From Mobula hypostoma (taxonomy: Eukaryota), in assembly GCF_963921235.1 (NCBI RefSeq), contig NC_086098.1, forward strand, positions 1,674,001-1,738,000: 64,000 nt of DNA, given 5' to 3'. Made by a program: the position numbers and the translations under genes. The notes under the pieces are model-generated. The model searched no databases and had not been told where the DNA came from. It saw nothing but the letters and a program-made list of their open reading frames with translations. This document shows, piece after piece, positions 47,385-60,660 of this stretch (positions are counted from its first letter, which is position 1; each line of letters begins with the position of its first letter).

Positions 47385-49120
47385 TGTTCAAAGTAAGTTT
47401 ATTATCAAAGTACATATTTGTCACCGCATATAATCCTGAGATTCACTTTCTTGCAGGCATACTTAATAAATCCAATTACCACAATAGAATCATAGAACAT
47501 AGAACATAGAATAGTACAGCACAGTACAGCCCCTTCGTCCCACAATGTTGTGCTGACCTTCAAACCCTGCCTCCCATATAAGCCCCACACCTTAAATTCC
47601 TCCATATACCTGTCTAGTAGTCTCTTAAACTTCACTAGTGTATCTGCCTCCACCTCTGACTCAGGCAGTGCATTCCACGCACTAACCACTCTCTGAGTAA
47701 AAAACCTTCCTCTAATATCCCCCTTGAACTTCCCACTCCTTGCCTTAAAGCCATGTCCTCTTGTATTGAGCAGTGGTGCTCTGGGGAAGAGGCGCTGGCT
47801 GTCCACTCTATCTATTCCTCTTATTATCTTGTACATCTCTATCACGTCTCCTCTCATCCTCCTTCTCTCCAAAGAGTAAAGCCCCAGCTCCCTTAATCTC
47901 TGATCATAATGCATACTCTCTAAACCAGGCAGCATCCTGGTAAATCTCCTCTGTACCCTTTCCAATGCTTCCGCATCCTTCCTATAGTGAGGTGACCAGA
48001 ACTGGACACAGTACTGCAAGTGTGGCCTGACCAGAGTTTTATAGAGCTGCATCATCACCTCGCGACTCTTAAACTCTATCCCTCGACTTAGGAAAGCTAA
48101 CACCCCATAAGCTTTCTTAACTTCTCTATCTACCTCTGAGGCAACTTTCAGGGATCTGTGGACATGTACCCTCAGATCGCTCTGCTCCTCCACACTACCA
48201 AGTATCCTGCCATTTACCTTGTACTCTGCCTTGAAGTTTGTCCTTCCAAAGTGTACCACCTCACACTTCTCCGGGTTGAACTCCATCTGCCACTTCTCAG
48301 CCCACTTCTGCATCCTATCAATGTCTCTCTGAAATCTTTGACAATCCTCTACACTATCTACAACACCACCAACCTTTGTGTCATCTGCAAACTTGCCAAC
48401 CCACCCTTCTACCCCCACATCCAGGTCATTAATAAAAATCACAAAAAGTAGAGGACCCAGAACAGATCCTTGTGGGACACCACGAGTCACAATCCTCCAA
48501 TCTGAATGTACTCCTTCCACCACGACCCTCTGCTTTCTGCAGGCAAGCCAATTCTAATCAATGAAAGAGCACACCCAACAGGACAAATAACCCACGTGCA
48601 AAAGACAACAAACTGTGAATACAAAGAAAAAATAATAGTAAATAAATGAGCAATAAATATCAGGAACATGAGATGAAGAGTCCTTGAAAGTGAGTCCATA
48701 TTATGAGGGAACTATTCAGTGATGGACCAAGTGAAGTTCAGTGAAGTTATCCCCACTGGTTCAAGAGTCGAATGGTTGAGGGGTAATAACCGTTCCTAAA
48801 CCTAGTGCTGTGAATCCCGAGGCTCCTGTGCCTTATTCCTGATGGTAACACAGAGAAGAGAACATGTCCTGTGTATTGATGGATGCAGCTTTCCTGTGAA
48901 AGCTCTCCATGTAGAGGTGCTCAATGGTGGGGAGGGCTTTACCTGTGATGGACTGGGGCCGTATCCACTACTTTATGTAGGATTTTCCATTCAATGGCAT
49001 TGGTGTTTCCATATGAGACTATGATGCTGCCAGTCTATGTACTCTGCACCACACAGCTACAGAAACTTTTCAAAGTTTTTGATGCCATGCCAAATCTTCA
49101 CAAACTTCTAAGGAAGAGTA
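47385..49120 (-). mobile_element. Degraded Rex1/Babar-type LINE 3' part, host of the CR1 at 47493-48555
   Basis: Same UTR/tail sequence as 23640-24260 on both sides of the CR1. Confidence 0.6.
47493..48555 (-). mobile_element. CR1 3' portion nested in the 3' UTR of a Rex1/Babar-type copy
   Basis: 372-aa minus ORF ([16 protein letters not shown]); (TTCTATG)n tail; AATCA on both sides. Confidence 0.9.
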
Positions 49121-50189
49121 TAGTTTGAAAGTCTGTCACTGCAACCTGTAAGTCATGGCTCACAGTTGCCATCTTCTCCCAGAATAAGACCCAACGAATA
49201 GCTTAAAATTACTAAAGTCGATTTAAAATAGTTCCTGATAACTTTGAAAAGTTACCATCAATTCTTGTGTTTTCCCTTCACTTAATCAGATTTAGTCATA
49301 ACTCGAACATTAATGAAATGTGGAACTTCTGTTTCCTTATTAAAAATCTGAATTATGCAAACTCATACTAATTAGCCCAATCATTACTATGATATCCTTA
49401 ATAATCTAAAGTTTATACTTTCTATGTTCTACAAAGAAAGGCACTTTGGCTGTTGCATTCTCCACAAAATTCTATTTTTAAGGCATCCCAATTAGGCAAT
49501 GCAAATGAGATATCATTATCATAATTGATTAATATACTAAGCACAAAAACTGTATATTTGCAAATTTATGAAAATTAAATTTATTACTTTCCTATTTTAA
49601 AGTAAATCTATTTTCCAATTAACCTGATTTGCATAGGTGAAATAAAAACGGTGTATTTTGTAGAAATTTTCAGAATACAATGCGGATAAAGTTAAAACTA
49701 AATTTCTGGTATCTTTTTCACAATTCTGTGTCACCTTTTAACATACTTTAAGATCAACCTAAATCTTCATTCTTACTTATTCCACCACTATTCCATCATC
49801 CATGTGCCTATCCAAGAGTTTCTTAAATGTTCTTAATGTATCTGCCTCCATCACCACCCTAGCAAAGTGTTCCACACACCCGCCACTCTCTGTATGAAAA
49901 ACCTGCTGACATCCCCCTATACTTTCCTCCAATGTGCCTTCTCATATTCGTCATTTGTCCCGAGACTTTGCAGAAAACCTCTCTGGCTATTCACTTGATC
50001 TTCAGTATGCCTCTTATCATCTTGTACACCTTGATGTAGACTGCAGCTCAGCACCATCTTGACTGGAGGAGGAAACTTATGAGATAATAGCCACAGTATC
50101 GTAATAAAAATATGGAAATATTCCACATAGTAGCAGTGCTAATAAAAATATGTATTTTATTTATAAATAAACTTCCACTTTTCCTTTCA

Positions 50190-50735
50190 GCATTATTCAG
50201 AGGCATTAAGTTCAAAAGTCAGATGGTAATGTTACACTTTGTACAACCCTACTTAGGCCACACCTGGAGTATTGCATGCAGTTCTAGTTGCCCCTTTACA
50301 GGAAGGATGTTAATGCTTCAGAAAGGGTGCAGAACAGGTTTACCAGGATGCTGTCTGGCTTGGAGAGCATGCGCTGTCATGAGAGGCTGGACAAGCTTGG
50401 GTTGTTTTCTCTGCAGCAGGGGAGGCTGAGTGAAGATCTGATAGAGGTTTATAAGATTATGACAGGCATAGGCAGAGTAGACAGTATCTTAATCCCAGGG
50501 TAGAAATATCTAATACCAAAGGGCATGCATTTAAGTTGAGAGGGGGTAATTTCAAAGGAAATGTGAGGGTCAAATTTTTTAACACAGAAAGTGATGTGTG
50601 ACTGGAATGTGCAGCCTGGGATGGTGGTAGAGGCAGATACATCAGGGACAAGGGATATCTAGATAGGTACATGAATGTGAGGGAAGTGAAGGACATGCAC
50701 TTTGTGTAGACAGAAGGGATCAGTTTAGTTGGCCA
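50190..50735 (+). mobile_element. Old CR1 3' fragment
   Basis: YRKDVNASERVQNRFTRMLSGL...DLIEVYKIM. Confidence 0.8.
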
Positions 50736-50909
50736 TTTTGTTATTAACTTGTTAGCTTCCTATCTCCAACTTGGAGATATTTCCACTTTTTTTCTTTAAT
50801 CACCAGGCCACATTTTCTGAGCTGTTCACTGTACCAAACTTGAGGCCCTCCAGTTACCTGTTATCTGCCTAACAAATAACAACAGCTATATTTCATTTGG
50901 AATTTGGGG

Positions 50910-51425
50910 AGATGGTATGTCACTAAAGACTCTTGCAGATTTTTACAGATATACTGTGAAGAGAATTCTGACTGATTACATCATTGTCTGGTATGGAGGG
51001 GCCACTGTACAGGATCGGAAAAAGCTGCAGAAAGTTTTAAATTCAGCCTGATCCATCATGGCACTAGCTTTCCCCCTTCAAAAAGTGATGCCTCTAAAAG
51101 TTTGTATCCATTATGAAGGATCCCCATCACCCAGGACATGCCATCTTCTCATTGTTACCATTAGTAAGGAGATACAGGAGCCTAAAGATGGACACTCAAC
51201 ATTTCAGGAATAGCTTCTTCCCCTCAGTCATCAGATTTTTGAATGGACAATGAACTCATGCAAACTATCTCAATATTCTTGCAATACTTACTTAATTGAA
51301 ATTTATATATATATTTCCTTTTGTAATTTATAGTTTTTTATTATTATGTATGGCAGCATTGTACTGCTGCCTAAAGGAACAAATTTCATGACATATGCCA
51401 GTGATACTAACCCTGATTCTGATTC
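50910..51425 (+). mobile_element. Old Rex1/Babar-type 3' fragment
   Basis: GGATCCCCATCACCCAGGACATGCC, GGAATAGCTTCTTCCCC, CTGATTCTGATTCT tail. Confidence 0.7.
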
Positions 51426-52179
51426 TCAAATATTTACTGAGCTGACTTGGAGATAATCAGATATTTTGGGTTCACCTTGACTCTGAGATGGCCGGGGGGG
51501 GGGGGTGGGGGGGGGTTGAACCGAAGCTATCCTTTGGCTAATGGGGAGTTACAGTTGAGCTCAGTGTGCCCTTCAAGGCATGTTCACAATTAACGCTAAG
51601 TGCTGAAATGCTGAACATATTTTCTGCTCCTACACCAATCCTCATTTTACTATTAAAGAATGATCAAAGGTAATCGCTTTGAGAAATGTAATATCAGAAG
51701 TAGCAACTTTACTGTAGTGTCATTATGGTAAAACTCGAATAACCTGTTATCCAGTTATCCAGAGTAACACACACACACAAGATGATGGAAGAACTCGGCA
51801 GGTCAATCTGCACCTATGGAGGGGAATAAGTAGTCAATATTTTGAGCCAAGACCCTTCATCAGGAACTTCTTCCAACTATCCAGAAGTCTTGATGAATTG
51901 GTATGTGGCTTCTGGGTGCTGAGTTCCTCTCCCTGTATTGTAATAGAAGAGATGGCCTTCAGATCGTTCCAGTGCTTCCACTCATCCTGTTGAAGTTCAG
52001 TGATGGAGCAACAAATAACCTGTTGCCATCCTGATTCAGGGTTTTAACCCCAAACGTTGACGATTCTGATACAGGGCCTCATATTGAAATGTTGACAATT
52101 CCTTCCCCTCTACAGATGCTGTTTCGCTGAATGCTTTAGCAAATTGTTTGTTGCCTGATTAATCATCCAGTTACAAAGA

Positions 52180-52770
52180 ACATAGAATACAGTACAGGCC
52201 CTTCGGCCCACGATGTTGAGCTGAAATGATGACCCACTCTCAGATCAATCTAACCCTTCCTTCTGACATTTTTCTATCATCCATGTGCCTATCCAAAAGT
52301 TTCTTCAATACCTCTAATGTAACTGTTTCTCCCGCGACCTGGCAGGGTGTTTCATGCACCCATCACTTTCTGTGTAAAAATCTTACCTCTAACTTACCCT
52401 TTCCTCCAATCACCTTAAAATTAAGCCCTCTTGTATTAGCCACTTGTCCCCAAGGAAAAGTCTGGCTAGCCATTCTATCAACGCATTTTATCATCTTGTA
52501 CACATCTATCAAATCACCTCTCATCCTTCTTCTGTCGAAAGAGAAAAACACTTGCTTACTCAGTCTATCCTCACAAGACTAGATCTCTAATCCAGGCAGC
52601 ATCTTGGTAAACCTCCTCTACACCCACTCGAAAGATTCCTCATCATTTCTATAATGAGCAACCAGAACTGAACATAATACTCCAAGTGGGATCTAACCAG
52701 GGTTTTATAGAGCTCCAGCATTATCTCGCAGCTCTTCAACTCAGCCCTCCAACACATCACATACCTTCTG
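52180..52770 (-). mobile_element. Old CR1 3' fragment
   Basis: RRMRGDLIDVYKM in a minus-strand ORF. Confidence 0.75.
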
Positions 52771-52844
52771 AATCAGAATCAGCTTTATTATCACTGACAT
52801 GTGTCGTGAAATTTGTTAACTTAGCAGCAGCAGTTCAATGCAAT

Positions 52845-54175
52845 GCCATAAGACCATAAGATACAGGAGCAGAAGTAGGCCATTCGGCCCATCGAGTCTG
52901 CTCTGCCATTCAGTCATGGGCTGATCCAATTCTTCCAGTCATCCTCACTCCCCTGCCTTCTCCCCGTACCCTTTGATGCCCTGACTAATCAAGAACCTAT
53001 CTATCTCTTACTTAAATGCACCCAATGACTTGGCCGCCACAGCCGCTGGTGGCAACAAATTCCACAGATTTACCACCCTCTGACTAAAGTAATTTCCCCA
53101 CATCTCTGTTCTAAATGGACGTCCTTCAATCCTGAAGTCATGCCCTCTTGTCCTAGACTCCCCTAACATGGGAAATAACTTTGCCATATCTAATCTATTC
53201 AGGCCTTTTAACATTCGGAATGTTTCTATGAGATCCCCCCTCATTCTCCTGAACTCCAGGGAATACAGCCCAAGAGCTGCCAGACGTTCCTGATACGGTA
53301 ACCTTTTCATTCCTGGAATCATTCTCGTGAATTTTCTCTGAACCCTCTCCAATGTCAGTATATCCTTTCTATAATAAGGAGCCGAAACTGCAGACAATAC
53401 TCTAAGTGTGGTTTCACAAGTGCCTTATAGAGCCTTAACATCACATCCCTGCTCTTATATTCTATACCTCTAGAAATGAATGCCAACATTGCATTTGACT
53501 TCTCCACCACCGACTCAACCTGGAGGTTAAACATTAGGGTATCCTGCACAAGGACTCCCAAGTCCCTTTGCATCTCTGCATTCTGAATTCTTTCCCCATC
53601 TAAGTAATAGTCTGTCCATTTATTTCTTCCACCAAAGTGCATGACCATACAATTCCCAACATTGTATTTCATTTGCCTCTTCATTGCCAATTTCCCCTAA
53701 ACTACCTAAGTCTCTCTGCAGGCTCTCTGTTTCCTCAACACTACCTGCTCCTCCACCTGTCTTTGTATCATCGGCAAATTTAGCCACAAATCCATTAATC
53801 CCATAGTGCAAATTATTGACATACATCGTAAAAATCAGCAGTCCAACACCGACCCCTGTGGAACTCTACTGGTAACCAGCAGCCAGCCAGAGAAAGATCC
53901 CTTTATTCCCACTCTCTGTTTTCTGACGACCAGCCAATGCTCCACCCATTTTAGTCATTTCCCTATAATTCCATGGGTTCTTATCTTGCTAGGCAATCTC
54001 ATGTGCGGCTCCTTGTCAAAGGCCTTCTGAAAATCCAGTACACCACATCTACTACATCTCCTTTGTCTACCCTGCTTGTAATTTCCTCAAAAAATTGCAG
54101 TAGGTTAGTCAGGCAAGAGTTTCCTTTCAGGAAACCACGCTGGCTTCGGCCTATCTTGTCATGTGCCTCCAGGTC
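52845..54175 (-). mobile_element. CR1 3' portion
   Basis: Minus ORFs 53008-54193 with FADDTK; (TCTTATGG)n tail. Confidence 0.88.
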
Positions 54176-54526
54176 ACTTGTACAATCCTGCAAATATTTT
54201 TATCAATAGGCTTCAGTTTAAGAAGATATGACATATGTAATAACTTCAATCAAGTTAAATAACTTGTTAGATGAAGGGTTTCGATGTGAATCATTGACTC
54301 TTCATTTCCCTCCATTGATGTTGCCTGACCTCTGCATTCCTCCAGCACATTGTGTGTTGCATCTGCAGTCTCTCATATCTCAATGTACACAACATATTAA
54401 TGCAATCAGAATGAAAATCTGCCGATTTAACTTCACTGGCGCATGTCGTGAAATTTGTACAATGGACAATGGAATACGTGATAAATATGGAGAAAATCTA
54501 CACTACAGGAAGGGAAGGCAGGTATT

Positions 54527-55915
54527 AGAAACATAGAAACATAGAAACATAGAAAATAGGTGCAGGAGTAGGCCATTCGGCCCTTCGAGCCTGCACCGCC
54601 ATTTATTATGATCATGGCTGATCATCCAACTCAGAACCCCGCCCCAGCCTTCCCTCCATACCCCCTGATCCCCGTAGCCACAAGGGCCATATCTAACTTC
54701 CTTTTAAACATAGCTAATGAACTGGCCTCAACAGTTTGCTGTGGCAGAGAATTCCACAGATTCACCACTCTCTGTGTGAAGAAGTTTTTCCTAACCTCGG
54801 TCCTAAAAGGCTTCCCCTCTATCCTCAAACTGTGACCCCTCGTTCTAGACCTCCCCAACATCGGGAACAATCTTCCCGCATCTAGCCTGTCCAATCCCTT
54901 TAGGATCTTATACGTTTCAATCAGATCCCCCCTCAATCTTCTAAATTCCAACGAGTACAAGCCCAGTTCATCCAGTCTTTCTTCATATGAAAGACCTGCC
55001 ATCCCAGGAATCAATCTGGTGAACCTTCTTTGTACTCCCTCTATGGCAAAGATGTCTTTCCTCAGATTAGGGGACCAAAACTGCACACAATACTCCAGGT
55101 GTGGTCTCACCAAGGCCTTGTACAACTGCAGTAGTACCTCCCTGCTCCTGTACTCGAATCCTCTCGCTATAAATGCCAGCATACCGTTCGCCTTTTTCAC
55201 CGCCTGCTGTACCTGCATGCCCACTTTCAATGACTGGTGTATAATGACACCCAGGTCTCGTTGCACCTCCCCTTTTCCTAATCGGCCACCATTCAGATAA
55301 TAATCTGTTTTCCTATTTTTGCCACCAAAGTGGATAACTTCACATTTATCTACATTAAATTAGATCTGCCATGTCTTTGCCCACTCACCCAACCTATCCA
55401 AGTCACTCTGCATCCTCTTAGCATCCTCCTCACTGCTAACACTGCCACCCAGCTTCGTGTCATCCGCAAACTTGGAGATGCTGCATTTAATTCCCTCATC
55501 CAAGTCATTAATATATATTGTAAACAACTGGGGTCCCAGCACTGAGCCTTGCGGTACCCCACTAGTCACCGCCTGCCATTCTGAAAAGGTCCCGTTTATT
55601 CCCACTCTTTGCTTCCTGTCTGCTAACCAATTCTCCACCCACACCAATACCTTACCCCCAATACCGTGTGCTTTAAGTTTGCACACTAATCTCCTATGTG
55701 GGACCTTGTCAAAAGCCTTTTGAAAATCCAAATATACCACATCCACTGGTTCTCCCCTATCCACTCTACTAGTTACATCCTCAAAAAATTCTATGAGATT
55801 CGTCAGACATGATTTTCCTTTCACAAATCCATGCTGACTTTGTCCGATCATTTCACCGCTTTCCAAATGTGCTGTTATCACATCCTTGATAACTGACTCC
55901 AGCAGTTTCCCCACC
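54527..55915 (-). mobile_element. Young CR1 3' portion, same subfamily as 34779-36491
   Basis: Minus ORFs 55360-55929 and 54631-55266; (TTTCTATG)n tail. Confidence 0.92.
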
Positions 55916-55999
55916 TTTGTTGCAGCCAACAGGCTGAGTATTAAATCACAAGGGATACAGAATCAGAAGGGATAGCAAATACGGCACTCAAGGAGTTGG

Positions 56000-58835
56000 A
56001 CCTAAATGTGCTAGTATAAGAAATACGGTGGATGATCTTGTTACAATATTACAGATTGCCAGGTATGATGGTTTCCCATCACTGAATCATGGCTGAAGGA
56101 TGGTTGTAGTTGGGAGCTGAATGTCCAAGGTTACACATTATATCAGAGGGATAGGAAGGTAGGCAGAGGGGGTGGTGTGGTTCTATTGGTAAAGAATGGC
56201 ATCAAATCAGTAGAAAGACGTGACATAGGATTAAAAGATGTAGAATCCTTGTGGTTTGAGTTAAGAAACTGCAAGGGTAAAAGCACATTGATGGCAGTTA
56301 CCTAGAGGCCTCCCGACAGTGGCTGGGAGGTGGACCACAGGTTACAATAGGAAATAGAAAAGGTGAGTCAAAATGGCAATGTTATGGTAGACATGGGAGA
56401 TTTAGACATGCAGGTCAATTGGGAAAATCAGTTTGGAAATGGATCTGAAGAGAGTGAGATTGTTGAATGCCCAAGAGATGGCCTTTTAGAGCAGTTCATT
56501 GTTGAGCCTACTAGGGGATCAGCTATACTGGATTGAGTCTTATGTAATGAACCGGAGGTGATTAGGGAGCTTAAAGTAAAAGAACCCTTAGGAGCCAATG
56601 ATCACAATATGATTGTGTTCGACTTGAAATTTGATAGGGAGAAAGTAAAGTCTGATGTATCAGTATTTCAGCGGAGTAAAGGAAATTTCAGTGGTATGAG
56701 AGAGGAGTTGGTCAAAGTAAATTGGAAGGAGCTGCTGGCAGGGATGTCAGCAGTGCAGCAATGGTGTGTGTTTCTGGGAAGAATGAGGAAGGTGCAGGAC
56801 ATGTGTATTCCAAAAATGAAGAAATACACAAAAGGTAAAATACTGTACTTCAACCGTGGCTGACAGTTAAGTCAAAGCTATTGTAAAAAAAAAGAAGGTG
56901 CATACAACTAAGCAAAAATTTGTGGAAAGATAGAGGATTGGGAAGTTTTTAAAAACCTACAGGGAGCAACTAAAAAATTATTAGAAGGGAAAAGATGAAC
57001 TATGAAAGCCAGCTAGCAAATAATATCAAAGTGGATAGTGAAAGTTTTTCAAGTATGTTAAAAATAAAAGAGGAACGAGAGTGGATATAGGATCGCTAGA
57101 AAATGAGGCAGAAGGAATAATAACAGTTGACAAGGAGATGGCTGATGAACTAAATGAGTATTTTCCATCAATCTTCACTGTGGAAGACACTAGCAGTGTG
57201 CCTGATGATGTAGTGTGTGAAGGAAGAGAAGTGGGTGCAGTTACCGTTACAAGAGAGAAGGTGCTCAAAAAGCTGAAAGACCTAAAAGGCACATAAGACA
57301 CCCGGACCAGAGGAACTGCACCCTGGGATTCTCAAAGAGGTAGCGTTAGAGATTGTGGTGGCAATAGAAATGATCTTTCAAAAATCATTGGACTCTGACA
57401 CTGTGCCAGAGGACTGGAAAATTGCAAATGTTACTCCACTCTTTCAGAAAGGAGGAAGGCAGCAGAAAAGAAATTATAGACCAGATAGCCTGACCCCTGT
57501 GTTTGGGAAGATGTTAAAGTCAATTGTTTTAGATGAGGTGATGGAGTACTTGGTGACACAGAACAAGATAGTGCGAAGTCAGCAGAGTTTCCTTCAGGGA
57601 AAATCCTGCCTGATGAACCTGTTGGAATTCTTTGAGGAAATTACAAGTAGGATAGATAAAGGGGATGTAGTGGATGTTGCATATTTGGATTTTCAGAAGG
57701 CCTTTGACAAGGTGTCACACATGAGGCTGCATACCAAGTTAAAAGCCCATGGTATTACAGGAAAGTTAATAGCATGGTTAGAGCATTGGCTAATTAGTAG
57801 GAGGCAGCGAGTGGGAATATAAGGATCCTTTTCTGGTTGGCTGTCAGTGACTAGTGTGTTCTGCAGGGGTTGGTGTTTTGGGAGCACTCTTTTTATACTG
57901 TATATAAATGACTTAGATGATGGAATAGGTGACTTTGTTGCCAGGTTTGCAGATGATACAAAGTTTGGTGGAGGGGACACGTAGGTGAGGAAAAAAAGAA
58001 CTTTGACGGGTTAGGAGGATGGGCAATAAATTGGCAATTGAAATACAAAGGTGGAAAACGCATGGTCATGCACTTTGGCGGCAGAAAAAAAGTATATGGA
58101 CTATTTTCTAAACTGGGAGAAAATCCAGTAATCTGAGGTGCAGAGGGACTTGGGAGTCCTTGTGCAGAACACGCTGAAGGTTAACTTGCAGGTTGAGTCG
58201 GTGGTGAGAAAGGCAAATGCCATGTTAGCATTCATTTCAAGAAGTCTAGAATACAAGAGCAAGGATATGATGCTGGTGATGCCTCACCTTGAGTATTGTG
58301 AACAGTTTTGGGCCCCTCATCTTAGAAGAGATGTGATGGCATTGGAGAAGGTCCAGAAGAGGTTGAAAAGGATGATTCAAGGAATGAAAGGGTTATCATA
58401 CGAGGAACGTTAAATGGCTCTAAGTCTGTACTTGCTGGAATTCAGAAGAATAAGGGGGGATCTCATTGAAACTTTTTGAATGTTGAAAGACCTAGACAGA
58501 GTTAATGTGGAAAGGGTGTTTCCCAAAGTGGAAGAGTCTAGGGCAAGAGAGCACAGCCTTAAGATAGGGGGCACCCTTTCAAAACAGAGATACAGAGAAA
58601 CTTCTTTAGCCAAAGGGTGATGAATTTGTAGAATTTGTTGCCACATGCAGCTGTGGAGGCCAGGTCGTTGGTGTATTTTTGGCAGAGATTGATAGGTTCT
58701 TGATTGGACATCCATCAAAGTTTACAGGGAGAAGGCCAGGAACTGGGGTTGAGGAGGAGATTTAAAAAAAGGATCAGCCACGATTGAATGGGCAAGATGG
58801 CCTAATTCTGCTCCTAAGTCTTATGGTCTTATGGA
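56000..58835 (+). mobile_element. Degraded CR1 spanning almost all of ORF2
   Basis: Endonuclease-start nucleotides at ~56000; ORFs 56558-58413; CTTATGGTCTTATGG tail. Confidence 0.88.
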
Positions 58836-58839
58836 CCAA

Positions 58840-58996
58840 TTAACTTATTTACCGGTACATCTTTGGACTGTGGGAGGAAACTGGAGCACCAGGTGGAATC
58901 CCAGGGAATCATAGAAACTCCTTGGACTGCAGCAGGAAATGAACCTGGTTCGCCTGTATTGTAAAGCATTGTGTTAACCATTGTGTTACCATGCCA
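58840..58996 (-). mobile_element. V-SINE fragment
   Basis: Reverse complement contains GGTTCATTTCC and GTGCTCCAGTTTCCTCCCACAGTCCAAAGA. Confidence 0.7.
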
Positions 58997-59844
58997 TATC
59001 AATTAGATACCTCCTGTACCTCATGAGGAGGTACAAGAGCCACAGGGTAGACACTCACAGGATGCTTCCTCAATTGAACCATACTTCAGAACGATACATG
59101 AACACTGCTTCACTATTTTGCTCTTTTTGCACTAATTATTTATTTTAATATATTTCTTATTGTAACTTATATTTATTCATGTATTATTAGACTGTACTAC
59201 TGCCACAAGACAAAAATGATGGCATACGTCAGTGATAATAAACCTGACTGTGGTCAGTTATAATGCTCAATAACTACCTGTCCCGTGTAACACTACAATA
59301 CAGAATGCCTCTGTTCATCTGACATTTCAATATGGAACATAGAACATCGGACAGAATAGTGCAGTACAGGCCCTTTAGCCCATGATGTTGACACAACCTT
59401 CTGAGTTAAAATTCAAATTTAAGTTCAGTTTATTAACATTCAACCATTTACATGTATACTACAAAATGAAACAACATTCCTCCAGACCAAAGTGCAAAAC
59501 ACCTTACATAAAATCACATACAACACATAAAATAATATTATAACAAATATGTTAACATATTTAGGCGCAAATCCATGGTCTCATGAGACTAACAGATGCC
59601 TATAAACAATATGTTAACAAATAATGAAATTATTATTAACAAATAATATAATAACCTACTGGAAGATCAACCCTACACTTCCCTCCTACTTAACCCTACG
59701 TTGGTTCATCTGCTAATCAGTCATTCACTTTTCCATATCACACATGACACACATCTTAGTAAATAATAACTGATAAAACAGCTTTTCTTTTGTCTTCACG
59801 TTTCTCCACTTTTCTGCTTTATGACATAACCCTACAAACAGGAC

Positions 59845-60612
59845 CTTTTCCAAGTATCATTGCCTTGTCATGGTGGAGAGCTTTATGAGTTCCTGAGATC
59901 CCGAGAGTGATGCTATCTCAACCTAAGATCCCGAGAGTGATGCCAACTCGACCTGAGATCCCGAGAGTGATGCCATCTTGACCTGAGAGTGATGCCATCT
60001 CGACCTGAGATCCCGAGAGTGATGCCATCTCGACCTGAGATCCTGAGAATGATGCTATCTCAACCTGAGATCCCGAGAGTGATGCCATCTCGACCTGAGA
60101 TCCCGAGAGTGATGCCATCTCGACCTGAGATCCCGAGAATGATGCTATCTCAACCTGAGATCCCGAGAATGATGCTATCTCAACCTGAGATCCCGAGAGT
60201 GATGCCATCTCGACCTGAGATCCCGAGAATGATGCCATCTCGACCTGAGATCCCGAGAGTGATGCCATCTCGACCTGAGATCCCGAGAGTGATGCCATCT
60301 CAACCTTAGCTCCTGGTCGGGTCACACATGGCAGTAAGTTCCAGAGGAATGGTGATCTCACCAAGACCTCATCGGTGGAGCTGGTAGAACATGATGACAC
60401 ATCACAAGAGCAGTGAAGGCAGTGGAAGGCTGCGGTAGTGAAGAATCCCCAGTCATCTTGCATTCCATGCCACTGGACTCTGACACTGATCTGTCAAGGA
60501 CCACATGGTGGCTGCCTCCCCACGTTAAAGACGACGTGCACAGGCGTTCTCCATTAAGGGAAGAAACCCTCAAGAGAACATTGAGTGATCACCCGGTTAT
60601 GAGTAAGAAGTA
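59845..60612 (+). mobile_element. RTE-headed non-autonomous retroelement with internal minisatellite
   Basis: GCCTTGTCATGGTGGAGAG...GCTCCTGGTCGGGTCACACATGGC...ACCAAGACCTCA...CACGTTAAA, colinear with 63455-63877. Confidence 0.7.
59892..60305. repeat. 30-bp minisatellite, 14 units (one shortened)
   Basis: Unit CCTGAGATCCCGAGAGTGATGCCATCTCGA. Confidence 0.97.
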
Positions 60613-60660
60613 ATATGGCAATGGTCCCATACAAAACAATACAGACGGCAATGTACCTCA

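Noticed and set aside
51495..51515. G-run as a regulatory G-quadruplex
   Set aside because: Isolated homopolymer with no supporting context
59918..60463. Repetitive ORFs (SGSQVEMASL)n and (PSRPEIPRVM)n
   Set aside because: By-product of a 30-bp unit inside a retroelement head; open on both strands
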